DNA of 64,000 nucleotides, from the NCBI GenBank assembly GCA_963664395.2, contig OY761159.2:2368001-2432000 (forward strand). Reading direction: 5' to 3'. Position 1 is the stretch's first letter; each line of letters opens with the position of its first letter. A program made the translations under genes and the position numbers. This document shows, in pieces, positions 51,926 to 62,485 of the stretch. The notes under the pieces were generated by a model, which searched no databases, was not told the DNA's origin, and saw nothing but the letters and a program-made list of their open reading frames with translations. The stretch comes from Candidatus Binatia bacterium (GTDB taxonomy: Bacteria > Desulfobacterota > Binatia > Bin18).

Positions 51926-53911
51926 ATGACTCTTGTTCTCAACAAACCCAAACTCGATAACCTTGCCAGCGATATTTGGAAATCCGCAGAACGGCTGCGT
52001 GGGAAGTTTAAGGCGTATGAGTATCAGAACGTCATCTTGCCAATTATTGTGATCCGTCGCCTGGAATGCGTATTGATCGCCTGGCGCGAGGCCAAGCGGG
52101 CGGAGGTACAGGTCAAACGGTCCAAGCTGACGGAGAAGAAACTCGGCGCTCTGGTCAAAAAACTTGAGTTGAACCCCAAGCAGTCTCCGTTTTCAAACAA
52201 GACGGCATGGACGTTGCGCACGGTCTACGAGGAAGATCACATCCTGCTCGAAGAGAACTTCCGGGCCTACATCAACGGCTTCTCTCAGAATGTTGACGCT
52301 ATCATCGAGCACTTCAATTACCGGGCGACCATTGGACAGATGGTCAAGAACAACCGGCTGGCGCCGATCCTGAGCCAGTACAAGGAACTGGAACTTGGCC
52401 CGGATAAGCTCTCGCCGTTGGAGATGGGCTACATCTACGAGGAGTTGCTGCGGCGGTTTTCAGAACAAAGCGGCGAGGAAGCGGGAGAACATTTCACCCC
52501 GCGTGAAGTAATCCGGCTGATGGTAGAACTGCTCGCCATCCCCATCCCCGACCGGCACGTCTCGATCTATGACCCGGCCTGTGGAACGGGTGGCATGTTA
52601 TCCGTGGCCAAAGAACATTTGCTTGACCGTGCAACCACGCCGGAAGAACGGGCCAATGTCGAAAAATACCTTACTGTCAACGGTCAGGAAATCTCACCGA
52701 CGAATTACGCTATCTGCCAGGCTGACTTGCTGATTAAGAACGACCAGCAGGTCACGGTCCATCTCGGCAACTCGCTTATTCCGCACGATCCCCACAGCAA
52801 AGAGCTGGGTGATCAATTCCCGGAACGCACATTTCGTTTTGACTTCATGCTGTCCAATCCGCCGTTTGGCGTGACCTGGGGCGGCAAGGACGGTTACGAA
52901 AAGGAAGCCAAGAAACTCCAGAAGACTCGCTATCAAGCGGGTATGCCGCGCGTGAACGACGGTGCCTTGCTCTTTCTGCAAACCATGCTGGCCAAGATGA
53001 AACCTGTTGGTCAGGGCGGCAGCCGCATCGCCATTATCTTTAACGGCTCACCGCTATCAAACGGCGATTGCGGTTCGGGGGAGAGTGAAATCCGCCGCTC
53101 GATTCTGGAGCATGACTGGCTCGACGCGATTGTCATGTTGCCGGACCAGCTTTTCTACAACACCGGCATTTTTACCTACATCTGGCTGCTGCGGAACGAC
53201 AAGCCGACTTCACACAAGGGGCGGGTGATGCTGATTGATGCCCGCAAGCAGTTTGAGAAAGAGCCCAAATCCTTTGGCAACAAACGCAACCGTATGACGG
53301 ACGCGCACCGAGCCTGGATCAACGAGCTGTACCGGAACGGCCGGCAAGCGGGCGACACGGACGAACACGTGAAAATTTTCCGGCGCGAGGACTTTGCCTA
53401 TCACAAGGTCAATGTTGTCTTCTGGCAATATGACGAGCATGATCGTCCGGCCACGATTACCGAGCCGTATGAGAAGACCTTCTCAGCCGCGAATCTCAAG
53501 AAAGAGCAAGAATTTTACGATAGCGAGCTGACCTTCCGTCTCCGTGTCAGACTTGGGGATGGGGGCGAAACCATCCGTACCCTCACGTTGACGCCAAAAG
53601 ACAACGCCACCAAAAAGTTCAAAGCGTTAATGGCGGACAAGCCGGAAGTTGTCTCAGTCGAATGGACGCACCGGCATTATGTAAAGGACGATGAGTACAT
53701 CCCCTACGGCGAAGACATTGAGGCGTTTCTGAAACGCGAAATCGCCAGGCCCATCATTCGCTGGAAAGACCGCCCACAACTCGGCTACGAGATTCTGCCC
53801 AACAAGTATTTCTACCGCTACCAGCCCCCGACGCCCGCGAAGAACCTGCTGGCAGAGTTTTGGAGGCTGGAAAAAGAAGCGGAGAAAATGTTGGAGGGGC
53901 TGGCGAAGTGA
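51926..53911 (+). CDS. hsdM: type I R-M methyltransferase subunit M (second system)
   Basis: GEHFTPREVI, DPACGTGGML, NPPF and LFYNTGI motifs. Confidence 0.95.
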   Translation: MTLVLNKPKLDNLASDIWKSAERLRGKFKAYEYQNVILPIIVIRRLECVLIAWREAKRAEVQVKRSKLTEKKLGALVKKLELNPKQSPFSNKTAWTLRTVYEEDHILLEENFRAYINGFSQNVDAIIEHFNYRATIGQMVKNNRLAPILSQYKELELGPDKLSPLEMGYIYEELLRRFSEQSGEEAGEHFTPREVIRLMVELLAIPIPDRHVSIYDPACGTGGMLSVAKEHLLDRATTPEERANVEKYLTVNGQEISPTNYAICQADLLIKNDQQVTVHLGNSLIPHDPHSKELGDQFPERTFRFDFMLSNPPFGVTWGGKDGYEKEAKKLQKTRYQAGMPRVNDGALLFLQTMLAKMKPVGQGGSRIAIIFNGSPLSNGDCGSGESEIRRSILEHDWLDAIVMLPDQLFYNTGIFTYIWLLRNDKPTSHKGRVMLIDARKQFEKEPKSFGNKRNRMTDAHRAWINELYRNGRQAGDTDEHVKIFRREDFAYHKVNVVFWQYDEHDRPATITEPYEKTFSAANLKKEQEFYDSELTFRLRVRLGDGGETIRTLTLTPKDNATKKFKALMADKPEVVSVEWTHRHYVKDDEYIPYGEDIEAFLKREIARPIIRWKDRPQLGYEILPNKYFYRYQPPTPAKNLLAEFWRLEKEAEKMLEGLAK

Positions 53912-55272
53912 GCGTTGTTACGCCTAATGAACCGTGGCTGAACGGTTACGCCAACAGGATGGGAGTTGTCTCGTATTCGCAATGTAGCGGCGGAACTGTC
54001 ACCAGATTATTCGACTAGCGGGAAACCAAAGTTCGATGACCTATTGTACCGTCGTGCCGATGGAACTTATCTCCGAATCCGGAAAGATTGACACCACGAT
54101 GTCAGTGCCATTCGTGGACGTGATGGATGGATTGAATACTTTTTGAAGCAGGTTCGACCGTACTTTTCGCTAAGATTACGCCCTGTATGGAAAATGGAAA
54201 AGGTGCATTTGCTTAAGAACCTTCCAACTCGTTACGCAATTTGGCAGTACTCGAATTCCACGTCTTGCCTACTCGCACGCTGTTGATGCTCTCTACTACT
54301 ACACATTCAATACTTTCCGAGCTTACGCTGCGAAATATGTTTGGTGCAGCAGGGCAGTTGCGTGTCATCGAGATTTCTGAAGCTCACACGCCTCTTTCTT
54401 CCTTCCACTGCCGGAACAAGAACGAATTGCCGCGTATCTGGACGCAAGCTGCGCGGCGATTGACGCGGCGGTGGATATAAAACGTCGCCAGATTGAAACG
54501 CTGGACCGCCTCCTTCTTTCCAGCAGTCCAGCAGGCCACAACGCAAGGATTGGAGCCGTGCGAGGAAACGAAGCTATCGGGTATAGATTGGCTTCCTCGA
54601 ATTCCCGCCCATTGGAGCGCGCAACAGATTAAGCGGCGTTGTGAGATACTTCGTGGGAAATTTACCCATCGCCCTAGAAACGACCCGGCGTTTTACGGCG
54701 GTGACTATCCCTTTGTTCAGACCGGAGATATCTCCGCAGCAGAAAAATATATCCGCAGTTACTCCCAAACGCTAAATGAGCTTGGCCTCGGCGTCAGCAA
54801 GATGTTCTCAAAGGGGACACTTGTGATGTCTATTGCTGCCAACGTTGGTGACGTAGCGATCCTCGACTTTGAAGCATGTTTCCCTGACAGTATGGTGGGA
54901 CTCGTGCCAAATCACCATACGCATTTGGATTTTCTCTATTACCTGATGCGCGCCATGAGGGGTATAATGTATCGCTCTGCCGTGCTTACGACGCAGCTCA
55001 ACCTGAACTATGTTCGGATAGGCACTAATTTCGCCCCATTTCCACCGAAGGACGAGCAAGAAAAGATTGCCGAATTCCTGGATGCAAAGTCCGCAGAGAG
55101 CCGCAAGACTAAGGCGATCCTAAACAAGCAAATCGAAACCCTCACCGCCTACCGCAAATCTCTCATTCACGAATGCGTCACCGGCCAGCGTCGGATTTCG
55201 GAGGCGGATGTGCGACGTGTAAGCCAAGATTCGGGGCTGGATCAAGACTTGCTGGTGGAGGCGGGGGTATGA
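53908..55272 (+). pseudogene. hsdS: type I R-M specificity subunit S; 5' half broken by multiple indels
   Basis: Fragments FAKITPCMENGK, GSTEFHV and LPEQERIAAYLD lie in shifting frames; intact 3' TRD ending YRKSLIHECVTG. Confidence 0.8.
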
Positions 55273-55550
55273 GTGTCAGGCCCAAACGAACGGGCAGTCA
55301 GAAACTACGGGCCAGGGCCAAGAAGGCTCAGCCGAGCGTGCCAGTCACGTCGGAACGGTTACTGACCGACCTGCGGGACCTGATTCTGGCCGCTCGCCAG
55401 GACGTAGCGCGGGCGATTGACTCGGGTCTGGTCGCGCTCTATTGGCAGATCGGCCAGCGCATCCGCCAGAATATTCTTCAGGAAGAACGGGCGGAATACG
55501 GTAAGGCGATTGTCGTATCACTGGTACGACAATTAAGCTGGACGCATTGA
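55269..55550 (+). pseudogene. truncated DUF1016/YhcG N-terminal fragment
   Basis: LYWQIGQRI...RAEYG...RQLSWTH followed by a stop. Confidence 0.75.
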
Positions 55551-55559
55551 GAAAGCTGT

Positions 55560-58487
55560 TTGATGCCACCTCAGAAAGCTCCGGAACTGACGTTTCAGCA
55601 GCATATCGCCGACTATCTGGTTCGTGAGCATAAATACGACGTACTCGAACAGACCGAGATTACCGATGCTGAACACTGTATCGTTGAGGGGCATCTCTGG
55701 AAATTCCTTCAGGCTACCCAGGCCGACACGCTCCAAAAACTCACAGACGACTATGGGACGGACGCACGGGAAGAGGCATTCCGGGCTCTGCGGAAAGAAC
55801 TTGAGCACACACCACTCTGGATGATCCTGCGGCGTGGCCTCCAGGTCCGGGGACTGGAGTTTCATCTTTACTACCCGAAGCCGAGATCGACCGAGAGCGT
55901 TGCCACGAAGAAGCACGCCGGAAACCGCATCACCTTTCGTCCTCACTTCTACTTTGGCGAGACGAATCAGGAAATTGACTTTGTCTTCTTCCTCAACGGT
56001 CTGCCCATCGTCGCCCTGGAAGTCAAACACGAGAAGAACCAGAACGTGCATAACGCCGTAGCCCAATTTGCCGCACGCGACCATACCAAGCGAATCTTTC
56101 GGTATCCCTTCCTCTATCTGGCCGCGGATACAAGCGAGGTCATGGCTGCAAGCGACCCACGCCGGGCCGAGAACTTTCGCTGGCATAATATGGGGCTGAC
56201 AAATGTTCCGCAGAACCCGAACGAATATCCGGTCGAGTTTCTCCATCGGGAAGTTTTATCGAAGGATCACTTATTGGAGATGCTCTCGTTCTTTCTCATT
56301 CGTGTGCCAAAATACGAGGCGGACGACGAGCATCCGGAACGTACAGCCTTCACGATTCTGCCGCGTTATCACCAGAGCCGCATGGTGCGTAAGGTCGCCG
56401 ACGATGTATCCGCGCACTTCGCTGCGACCGGCGACATCGGACGCAAGTATCTGATCGACCATTCTGCCGGTAGCGGCAAGACGCTGTCTATCTGCTGGCT
56501 GGCCGACCGGCTGCACAGCCTGTTCAAGCCGGGAACGAACGACAAGCTGGTGGATATCGTCTTCATTCTTACTGACCGGAAATCGCTCGATACGAATATC
56601 CGCCAGGACATCGAGAAGTTCTCACACTTGCGAGATGTCGTTGGCATTGCCACGAAGGCTAATGACCTGCCGCGCTTTCTGAAAGAACGCACATCCATCA
56701 TTGTGACAACACAACAGAAGTTCGTCTGGGTGCTGGAGGAATTGGAAAACATTCCCAATTTGCAGGCCCTCCGGGTGGCGTTTCTTATTGACGAAGCCCA
56801 CCGCTCGCAGGAAGGTCAGATGGGCGCGGCTATTCATGTACCCTTTCGTCAGTCCAACGCCCCTGACAGCGAAGACGCCGAAGACAACCAAGACGAAGAA
56901 GAGAAGATCGCCGAGATTATCCGTGCGCACGACCGAAACCAACTCTTTGTCGCCTTCACCGCCACACCTGCGCCAGCCACGGTGACGCTGTTTGGTTCGC
57001 CGTTCGATACGTATACCGAGGCTGAGGCAATCGCTGAAGGCTACATCGTTGATGTGGCGTCAAGTATCATCTCCTACAAGACGCTCTACAATTTGTACTG
57101 CCCTATCGTGCCAAAGGTGGACGAGGAAAAACTCTATCCGAAAGGCGTTGTAGCAAAGGCGCTCCAGAACGTCGCCTACCAGGACGATGGGCTCATTCAG
57201 TACAAGGCGGAGGTGCTGCTCCGTATTTTCGAGAAAGACGTCCGCCCGCTCATCAACGGGCGCGCCAAAGCAATGATTGTGGCGACCTCCCGCGTTGCCG
57301 GGCTGCGCTATTTCAGCATCATCAAGGAGAAGCTTAAGGAGCGTGGCGCCGACTATAAGGTGCTGTACGCCTTCTCGGACTTTGTGCAGCCGGAAACCAA
57401 TGAATCAATCCGGGAACATGCGCTCAACGAGCTGAAGGACGGCGAACTGATCGAGGACCGATTTGAGGGTGACGCTTATCGGCTGATGATCGTCGCGAAC
57501 AAGTTTCAAACGGGTTTTGACCAACCGCTGCTTGCCGGCATGTTTCTCGATAAGCCTGTTGTGGACCGCAATGCAGTGCAGACGGTATCGCGGCTGAACC
57601 GCTGCCACGAGGGGAAAAAGGCTGTCGTGGTGGTGGACTTCACCAACAACGCCACAGCCATACTGAAGGCGTTCGCCAAGTACCGAAAGGGAACACCGTT
57701 CGAGCCCGACGAGCCGGACTGGGAATTATGCGTTAGATTGCGTCAGGAAATCCTTGCGGTGGGCGTTTTCACGCAGAACGATGTCGCCAATCTTGTCAAT
57801 CAGTTGACAGCGGGAACGGATGCCCAAGTCCAATTCACTGTGAACGCCCTGCGGGTGCGGTTCCAGGAACAGCTTCCCTCGCTTGAGGAGCGTAAGACGT
57901 TCGTCTATCGACTGGCTCGTTTCGTTCAGAGCTTTTATTTCCTGACCCGCTTTTTCACCTATCCCGATGACGTGAAAGAGTTTGCCACCTTCGCGGAATA
58001 CGTCGGGCCACAACTCATCAAGCAAGGCCCCGTTTCCGAACTGATGAAGCAGATTCGCCAAACGGAGGTTGTGAAGGCGGCAGTCGAATACCAGGGCGAG
58101 GTGCGGAGTGGCGGCGAGGTGACGCTCAAACCTGGTACAGGAAAGAAGGGATCAGGCTTACCACCGGAAAAAGTCTCCGTACAAGACATGATTGAGGAGA
58201 TACGGGCGCAGTTCGACATCAGTGACGAGGAGGCGCTGTACATCAAGCAGGTCGTTGAGGAGAAGGCCATTGATCCCGGCATTCGCCTCACGGTCCATGC
58301 CCACCGCGAGGATAAGGTCTATCTCGAAGGCTCGTATCGTGGCCAAGTGAACAGCGAGATACAAGACAGTTATGAAGAACTCGCTCGATATGAAGAACTC
58401 GCTGACCCTCAATATATCGACACGGGTGGGATTTTCGACATCATGGCAGTGACTGTGATTCAGAGCCATTTGAGGGAAGCAGCGTAA
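55560..58487 (+). CDS. hsdR: type I restriction endonuclease subunit R (second system)
   Basis: NGLPIVALEVK, HSAGSGKT, DEAHR, KFQTGFDQP and QTVSRLNR motifs. Confidence 0.93.
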   Translation: MMPPQKAPELTFQQHIADYLVREHKYDVLEQTEITDAEHCIVEGHLWKFLQATQADTLQKLTDDYGTDAREEAFRALRKELEHTPLWMILRRGLQVRGLEFHLYYPKPRSTESVATKKHAGNRITFRPHFYFGETNQEIDFVFFLNGLPIVALEVKHEKNQNVHNAVAQFAARDHTKRIFRYPFLYLAADTSEVMAASDPRRAENFRWHNMGLTNVPQNPNEYPVEFLHREVLSKDHLLEMLSFFLIRVPKYEADDEHPERTAFTILPRYHQSRMVRKVADDVSAHFAATGDIGRKYLIDHSAGSGKTLSICWLADRLHSLFKPGTNDKLVDIVFILTDRKSLDTNIRQDIEKFSHLRDVVGIATKANDLPRFLKERTSIIVTTQQKFVWVLEELENIPNLQALRVAFLIDEAHRSQEGQMGAAIHVPFRQSNAPDSEDAEDNQDEEEKIAEIIRAHDRNQLFVAFTATPAPATVTLFGSPFDTYTEAEAIAEGYIVDVASSIISYKTLYNLYCPIVPKVDEEKLYPKGVVAKALQNVAYQDDGLIQYKAEVLLRIFEKDVRPLINGRAKAMIVATSRVAGLRYFSIIKEKLKERGADYKVLYAFSDFVQPETNESIREHALNELKDGELIEDRFEGDAYRLMIVANKFQTGFDQPLLAGMFLDKPVVDRNAVQTVSRLNRCHEGKKAVVVVDFTNNATAILKAFAKYRKGTPFEPDEPDWELCVRLRQEILAVGVFTQNDVANLVNQLTAGTDAQVQFTVNALRVRFQEQLPSLEERKTFVYRLARFVQSFYFLTRFFTYPDDVKEFATFAEYVGPQLIKQGPVSELMKQIRQTEVVKAAVEYQGEVRSGGEVTLKPGTGKKGSGLPPEKVSVQDMIEEIRAQFDISDEEALYIKQVVEEKAIDPGIRLTVHAHREDKVYLEGSYRGQVNSEIQDSYEELARYEELADPQYIDTGGIFDIMAVTVIQSHLREAA

Positions 58488-58491
58488 CGAC

Positions 58492-59154
58492 ATGTCCAAA
58501 GGCATCAACAACATTCCCGCCCATGACCGTCCACGCGAGAAGTTGCTACGCAAAGGGGCAGCCGCACTAAGCGACCAGGAATTGTTGGCAGTGTTACTCG
58601 GTAAGGGTACGCCTGGGATGGACGTGATGACGCTCGCCGGTAAGCTGGCTCGGGTCATTGATGAGAAAGGGCTCGGTGTACATGCCGAGGACCTGACCAG
58701 TTTTAGTGGTGTGGGTGACGCGAAAGCGACCTTGATCCTGGCGGCAATTGAATTTGCCCGGCGACGCATCAAGCCGGAAGGAGCAAAAATTGAGACACCC
58801 GCTGACCTGCTGCCCCACGTGCGTCATTACGCCGACCGCAGGCAGGAGCATTTCCTTTGCGCCAGCATCAATGGGGCAAACGAAATTCTGAACATTCGCG
58901 TCGTCTCCATCGGTCTGGTCGACCGGACGCCTGTCCATCCGCGTGAGGTATTTGCCGAGGCATTATCCGACCGTGCCTCCGCGATCATCGTTGCTCATAA
59001 TCATCCGAGTGGCGGCCTGGAGCCTTCGGCTTCCGATGTTGAAGTGACCGGACAGCTCAAGGCGGCAGGAGTCGTAATGGGCATCAGCCTTTTAGACCAC
59101 ATCATTTTTAATCAGCGCGGGTACTTCAGCTTTCTCGAAGCGGGGCAGCTATAG
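58492..59154 (+). CDS. radC: RadC-family JAB domain protein
   Basis: RPREKL, VHPREVF, HNHPSG and LLDHII motifs. Confidence 0.95.
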   Translation: MSKGINNIPAHDRPREKLLRKGAAALSDQELLAVLLGKGTPGMDVMTLAGKLARVIDEKGLGVHAEDLTSFSGVGDAKATLILAAIEFARRRIKPEGAKIETPADLLPHVRHYADRRQEHFLCASINGANEILNIRVVSIGLVDRTPVHPREVFAEALSDRASAIIVAHNHPSGGLEPSASDVEVTGQLKAAGVVMGISLLDHIIFNQRGYFSFLEAGQL

Positions 59155-59314
59155 ATATTCCTGGTATTCTTCAGTAGCGGGCATTGGAGCGGGGCTGAAG
59201 AGCTATGGATCAAAGGGCAGGTGCTGTCTGATTTGAGAGAGTCGGGTTTAACCGACAAGTTTGACTCGTGTTAGGAGGCAGGATATCCGTTTCATTAAGA
59301 AGAGGGGGAGAGAG

Positions 59315-59845
59315 ATGCCAAAACAAATCCGCCGAATTGTGACCGGCCACAATGCTGAAGGAAAATCGGTCATTGCTGAAGATGCCGTTGCCACGAGCAT
59401 TCTAGATCTCGAAGCAGTGCCGGGACTGCGAGCCACTGATCTATGGGAGACGACAACTGCGCCTGCTGACCTGTCCGGTGATGCCGACCCGGTTGATCGT
59501 CCTATGCATTTGGAACCTCGGCCGACCGGGACAATCTGCCGCGTCGTCGAGTTTCCGCCTGATGCGGCCTGGCAAGACCGGATTGATGCGAGCGAAGTCT
59601 TTTCCTCCATGGAGGCGGGTCATGCCGCCGATGCTACCAGCTCGAACCCGATGATGCATAAAACCGCCTCAGTAGACTACGCCATCGTCCTGTCAGGTGA
59701 GATATGGGCGGTCATGGAAGAAGGTGAAACTTGCATGCAGGCCGGGGATGTCCTCATCCAGCGGGCGACCAATCATGCCTGGAGTAATCGTTCAGCCGAG
59801 CCAGCTCTGGTGGCTTTCGTTTTGGTTGGAGCACAATCCGGGTAA
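59315..59845 (+). CDS. cupin domain protein
   Basis: RRIVTGH, MHKTASVDY and QRATNHAWSN motifs. Confidence 0.88.
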   Translation: MPKQIRRIVTGHNAEGKSVIAEDAVATSILDLEAVPGLRATDLWETTTAPADLSGDADPVDRPMHLEPRPTGTICRVVEFPPDAAWQDRIDASEVFSSMEAGHAADATSSNPMMHKTASVDYAIVLSGEIWAVMEEGETCMQAGDVLIQRATNHAWSNRSAEPALVAFVLVGAQSG

Positions 59846-59968
59846 ATAGAGGCGCTGCCGCTAGAGGCTGAACAGCATTCTTCAAGGGCTTGAATTGCGA
59901 GGCAGGTGTAAACCCTTGACGCTGTCCCTCCAGGCTGTGTAGACATCAGAAGACAGCCGGGAGGGGAG

Positions 59969-61021
59969 ATGCGGTTCACATCCGAGCAGATTGACGTTGA
60001 CGATTACCACGCTGCGGTTGAGCTGTTCTTTGAGCGCGGCTGGACCGACGGTTTGGCTATTGTTCCGCCGACCGAAGAACTGGTTGCGGCCATGATCGCG
60101 GCCTCGGGACGTAAGCCGCACGAGGAATTGGGTGAGATCCCCCCGGCGCAAGGTATCGCCACGATTGAAAAGCTGGCGATTAATAGTGTCATGGCCGGCT
60201 GCCGGCCCGAGTATTTCCCGGTTATCATTGCTGCGGTCGAGGCCCTGCTGGAGCCCGAGCACAATCTGAACGGCGTCCAAACAACCACCCACTGCTGTGT
60301 CCCCTTAACCATTGTCCACGGCCCGATTGCGACCCAACTCAAGCTCAACGCCAGCGATGGGGTGTTTGGCAACGGCTTTCGGGCAAATGGGACCATTGGC
60401 CGCGCCATCCGTCTGATTCTGTGGAATCTGGGCGGGAGCATTCCGGGCGAGGTGGATAAGTCAACCCAGGCCCACCCCGGCAAGTGGAGCTTCTGCATTG
60501 CGGAAAAGGAAGAGGCAAACCCCTGGGAGCCGATGCACGTGGAGCGCGGCGTCGAAGCCGGCAAAAACGCGGTGACCGTGTTTAGCTGTGAGGCCCCCCA
60601 CTCGGTGTTATGCTACGGCACGGTCAAACAGATGCTGGCGTCACTGGTCAGCTCGCTCAGCGGCTTGGGCAGTAATAATGTCCAAGCCATGGGGGAAACG
60701 CTGGTTGTGCTGAATCCCTGGCAAGCGCGGCAGTTTCATCGGGAGGGTTGGTCCAAGCCTGAGATTCGGGTGTATCTATGGGAGCACGCGCGGGCCAGAC
60801 TGGGGGACATTCGGGCCGTGGACGCCCTGGGGATATCGGACCAGTTCTGGCCGAGCTGGGTGGAGAAGGATAATGACGACTACCGGGTGCCCATTACCGA
60901 ACGACCGCGGAATATCCATATTGTCGTCGCCGGAGGAGAGACGTATTTCGCGGCGGTCTGTCCGGGTTGGGGTGGACTCGGTGGATTTGCCGTGACGAAG
61001 GAAATTCGACAGATTCAGTGA
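59969..61021 (+). CDS. conserved hypothetical protein, partner of the UGSC selenoprotein
   Basis: GWTDGLAIVPPT, AINSVMAGC.PEY and RANGTIGRA motifs; GGAGGGG RBS; function unknown. Confidence 0.75.
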   Translation: MRFTSEQIDVDDYHAAVELFFERGWTDGLAIVPPTEELVAAMIAASGRKPHEELGEIPPAQGIATIEKLAINSVMAGCRPEYFPVIIAAVEALLEPEHNLNGVQTTTHCCVPLTIVHGPIATQLKLNASDGVFGNGFRANGTIGRAIRLILWNLGGSIPGEVDKSTQAHPGKWSFCIAEKEEANPWEPMHVERGVEAGKNAVTVFSCEAPHSVLCYGTVKQMLASLVSSLSGLGSNNVQAMGETLVVLNPWQARQFHREGWSKPEIRVYLWEHARARLGDIRAVDALGISDQFWPSWVEKDNDDYRVPITERPRNIHIVVAGGETYFAAVCPGWGGLGGFAVTKEIRQIQ

Positions 61022-61029
61022 GGTGTAAC

Positions 61030-61626
61030 ATGCGTGTACTCAGCCCCGTCGGAGTCCGACGGCAATTTGCAGAAAAGAAAGTCGATAATCACGCTGAGGG
61101 CTGTGTGATTGGACTAGTGAACAATGGCTTTGGCAATGAGATCGCCGGGATGTTTTTTGAACGACTCAAGGAACTCTTAGAGGCGAAGCCGGTCGTGAGC
61201 GAGGTGTCGATCTGGCGCAAGCCGGTGTTTACCCGTCCTTCGCCCGAGCAGTTGATTGACGAGGTTGCCGCCGCAGCGCAGCAGGCTGTTGTCGGCCTGT
61301 GTGCCTGAGGGTCGTGTACGTCGGGCTGTATGCTCGACTCGGCAAAACTGTGGAAGCGGGGCGTGCGCGCCGTTGCCGTGACGTTTGATACGTTCCTGGT
61401 TGCGGCCCAAGATCAAGCCAAAGCCATGGCCATGCCGGATATTCCCATCGTGGTCATCCCGCACATCAAGGCCGGGGAAAAGCCTGAAGACTTTCGGGGT
61501 CGCGCCGAAGAAGCACTGGCCGAGATTGCCGCGCATCTGGAACTGGACGGACCGCAGTTGCAACCCGCTGCGTCCAGGGTAATAGAGAGCGGACGAGAGG
61601 AGAGAGTAGTCCATGCCGAAACTTGA
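61030..61626 (+). CDS. UGSC-motif selenoprotein (Sec at TGA 61306-61308)
   Basis: ORFs ending at 61308 and starting at 61330 share a frame; joined they read VGLCA-U-GSCTSGCMLD; SECIS-like hairpin follows. Confidence 0.85.
61320..61338 (+). promoter_or_regulatory. putative bacterial SECIS hairpin
   Basis: GUCGGGC/GCUCGAC stem with a UGUAU loop (G at loop position 2), loop about 18 nt after the UGA. Confidence 0.65.
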
Positions 61627-62005
61627 AATCGTTGATCCCTGGGGCTTTGACCAGCGCTATACGTTCTCGCCCGCGGTGCGCAAAGGCAATCTGTTGTTTA
61701 TTTCCGGTTTGACCGCGTTCAACGCCAAGGGAGAAATTGTTGGCGAAGGCGACATTGTGACCCAGACGCGCGAGATCTTTCAGAAGATCGGCAAGATTCT
61801 GGACGCCGCCGGAGCGAGCTTTGACGATATTGTGAAGACCGTGGACTACATCACCACCAAGGAAGGCTATCGCGGTACGGCCGAGGTCCGTCGCGAGTTT
61901 TTCAAAAACGGTTTCCCCGCGGCAACCGGGATAGTGGTCAAAGAGCTGCTGCGCCCGGAAGCGCTCATAGAAATTGATGCGATTGCCGTACTGGATGAGA
62001 AGTAG
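61613..62005 (+). CDS. RidA/YjgF/UK114 family protein
   Basis: FSPAVRKGNLLFISG, R.EFF...PAAT and IEIDAIA motifs. Confidence 0.9.
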   Translation: MPKLEIVDPWGFDQRYTFSPAVRKGNLLFISGLTAFNAKGEIVGEGDIVTQTREIFQKIGKILDAAGASFDDIVKTVDYITTKEGYRGTAEVRREFFKNGFPAATGIVVKELLRPEALIEIDAIAVLDEK

Positions 62006-62470
62006 ATGACAACCAAATACTTTGAAGATTTCGCGCTGGGCGAGGTGTTTCGCTCGCCGGCCAAGACCCTGACCGACGCCCATTTTCTGTTCTTCGCCGG
62101 CATGACGGGCGATAACCATTCGATTCACTATGACGACGAGTACGCCAAGGCCACGCGCTTCGGCAAACGGGTCACGCACGGCTTGTTGGTCACATCTATG
62201 GGCGCGTTGGGCGCGTCCGCACTGTCGCCGCTGGTCGAAGAGTCGATGGTGGCCTTTCTGGAGCAGTCTTCCCGATTTCTCAAACCGGTCCTGATTGGCG
62301 ATACCATCCGACCGGAGCTTGAGGTCAGCGAGCTCATCCCCAAGACCGAGGTCGGCGTCCTGCGGCTCAAAACGCGTATCACCAATCAACGCGATGAAGT
62401 CGTGCTTGAGGGCACGCATGCCTATCTGATCAAGAAGCGGCCGCAGACCGAGCAAGCGTCTCGTCCGTGA
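62006..62470 (+). CDS. MaoC-family (hotdog) dehydratase
   Basis: YFEDF, FAGMTGDNHSIH and FLKPVLIGDT motifs. Confidence 0.9.
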   Translation: MTTKYFEDFALGEVFRSPAKTLTDAHFLFFAGMTGDNHSIHYDDEYAKATRFGKRVTHGLLVTSMGALGASALSPLVEESMVAFLEQSSRFLKPVLIGDTIRPELEVSELIPKTEVGVLRLKTRITNQRDEVVLEGTHAYLIKKRPQTEQASRP

Positions 62471-62485
62471 AAAAAGGAGAGCCTC

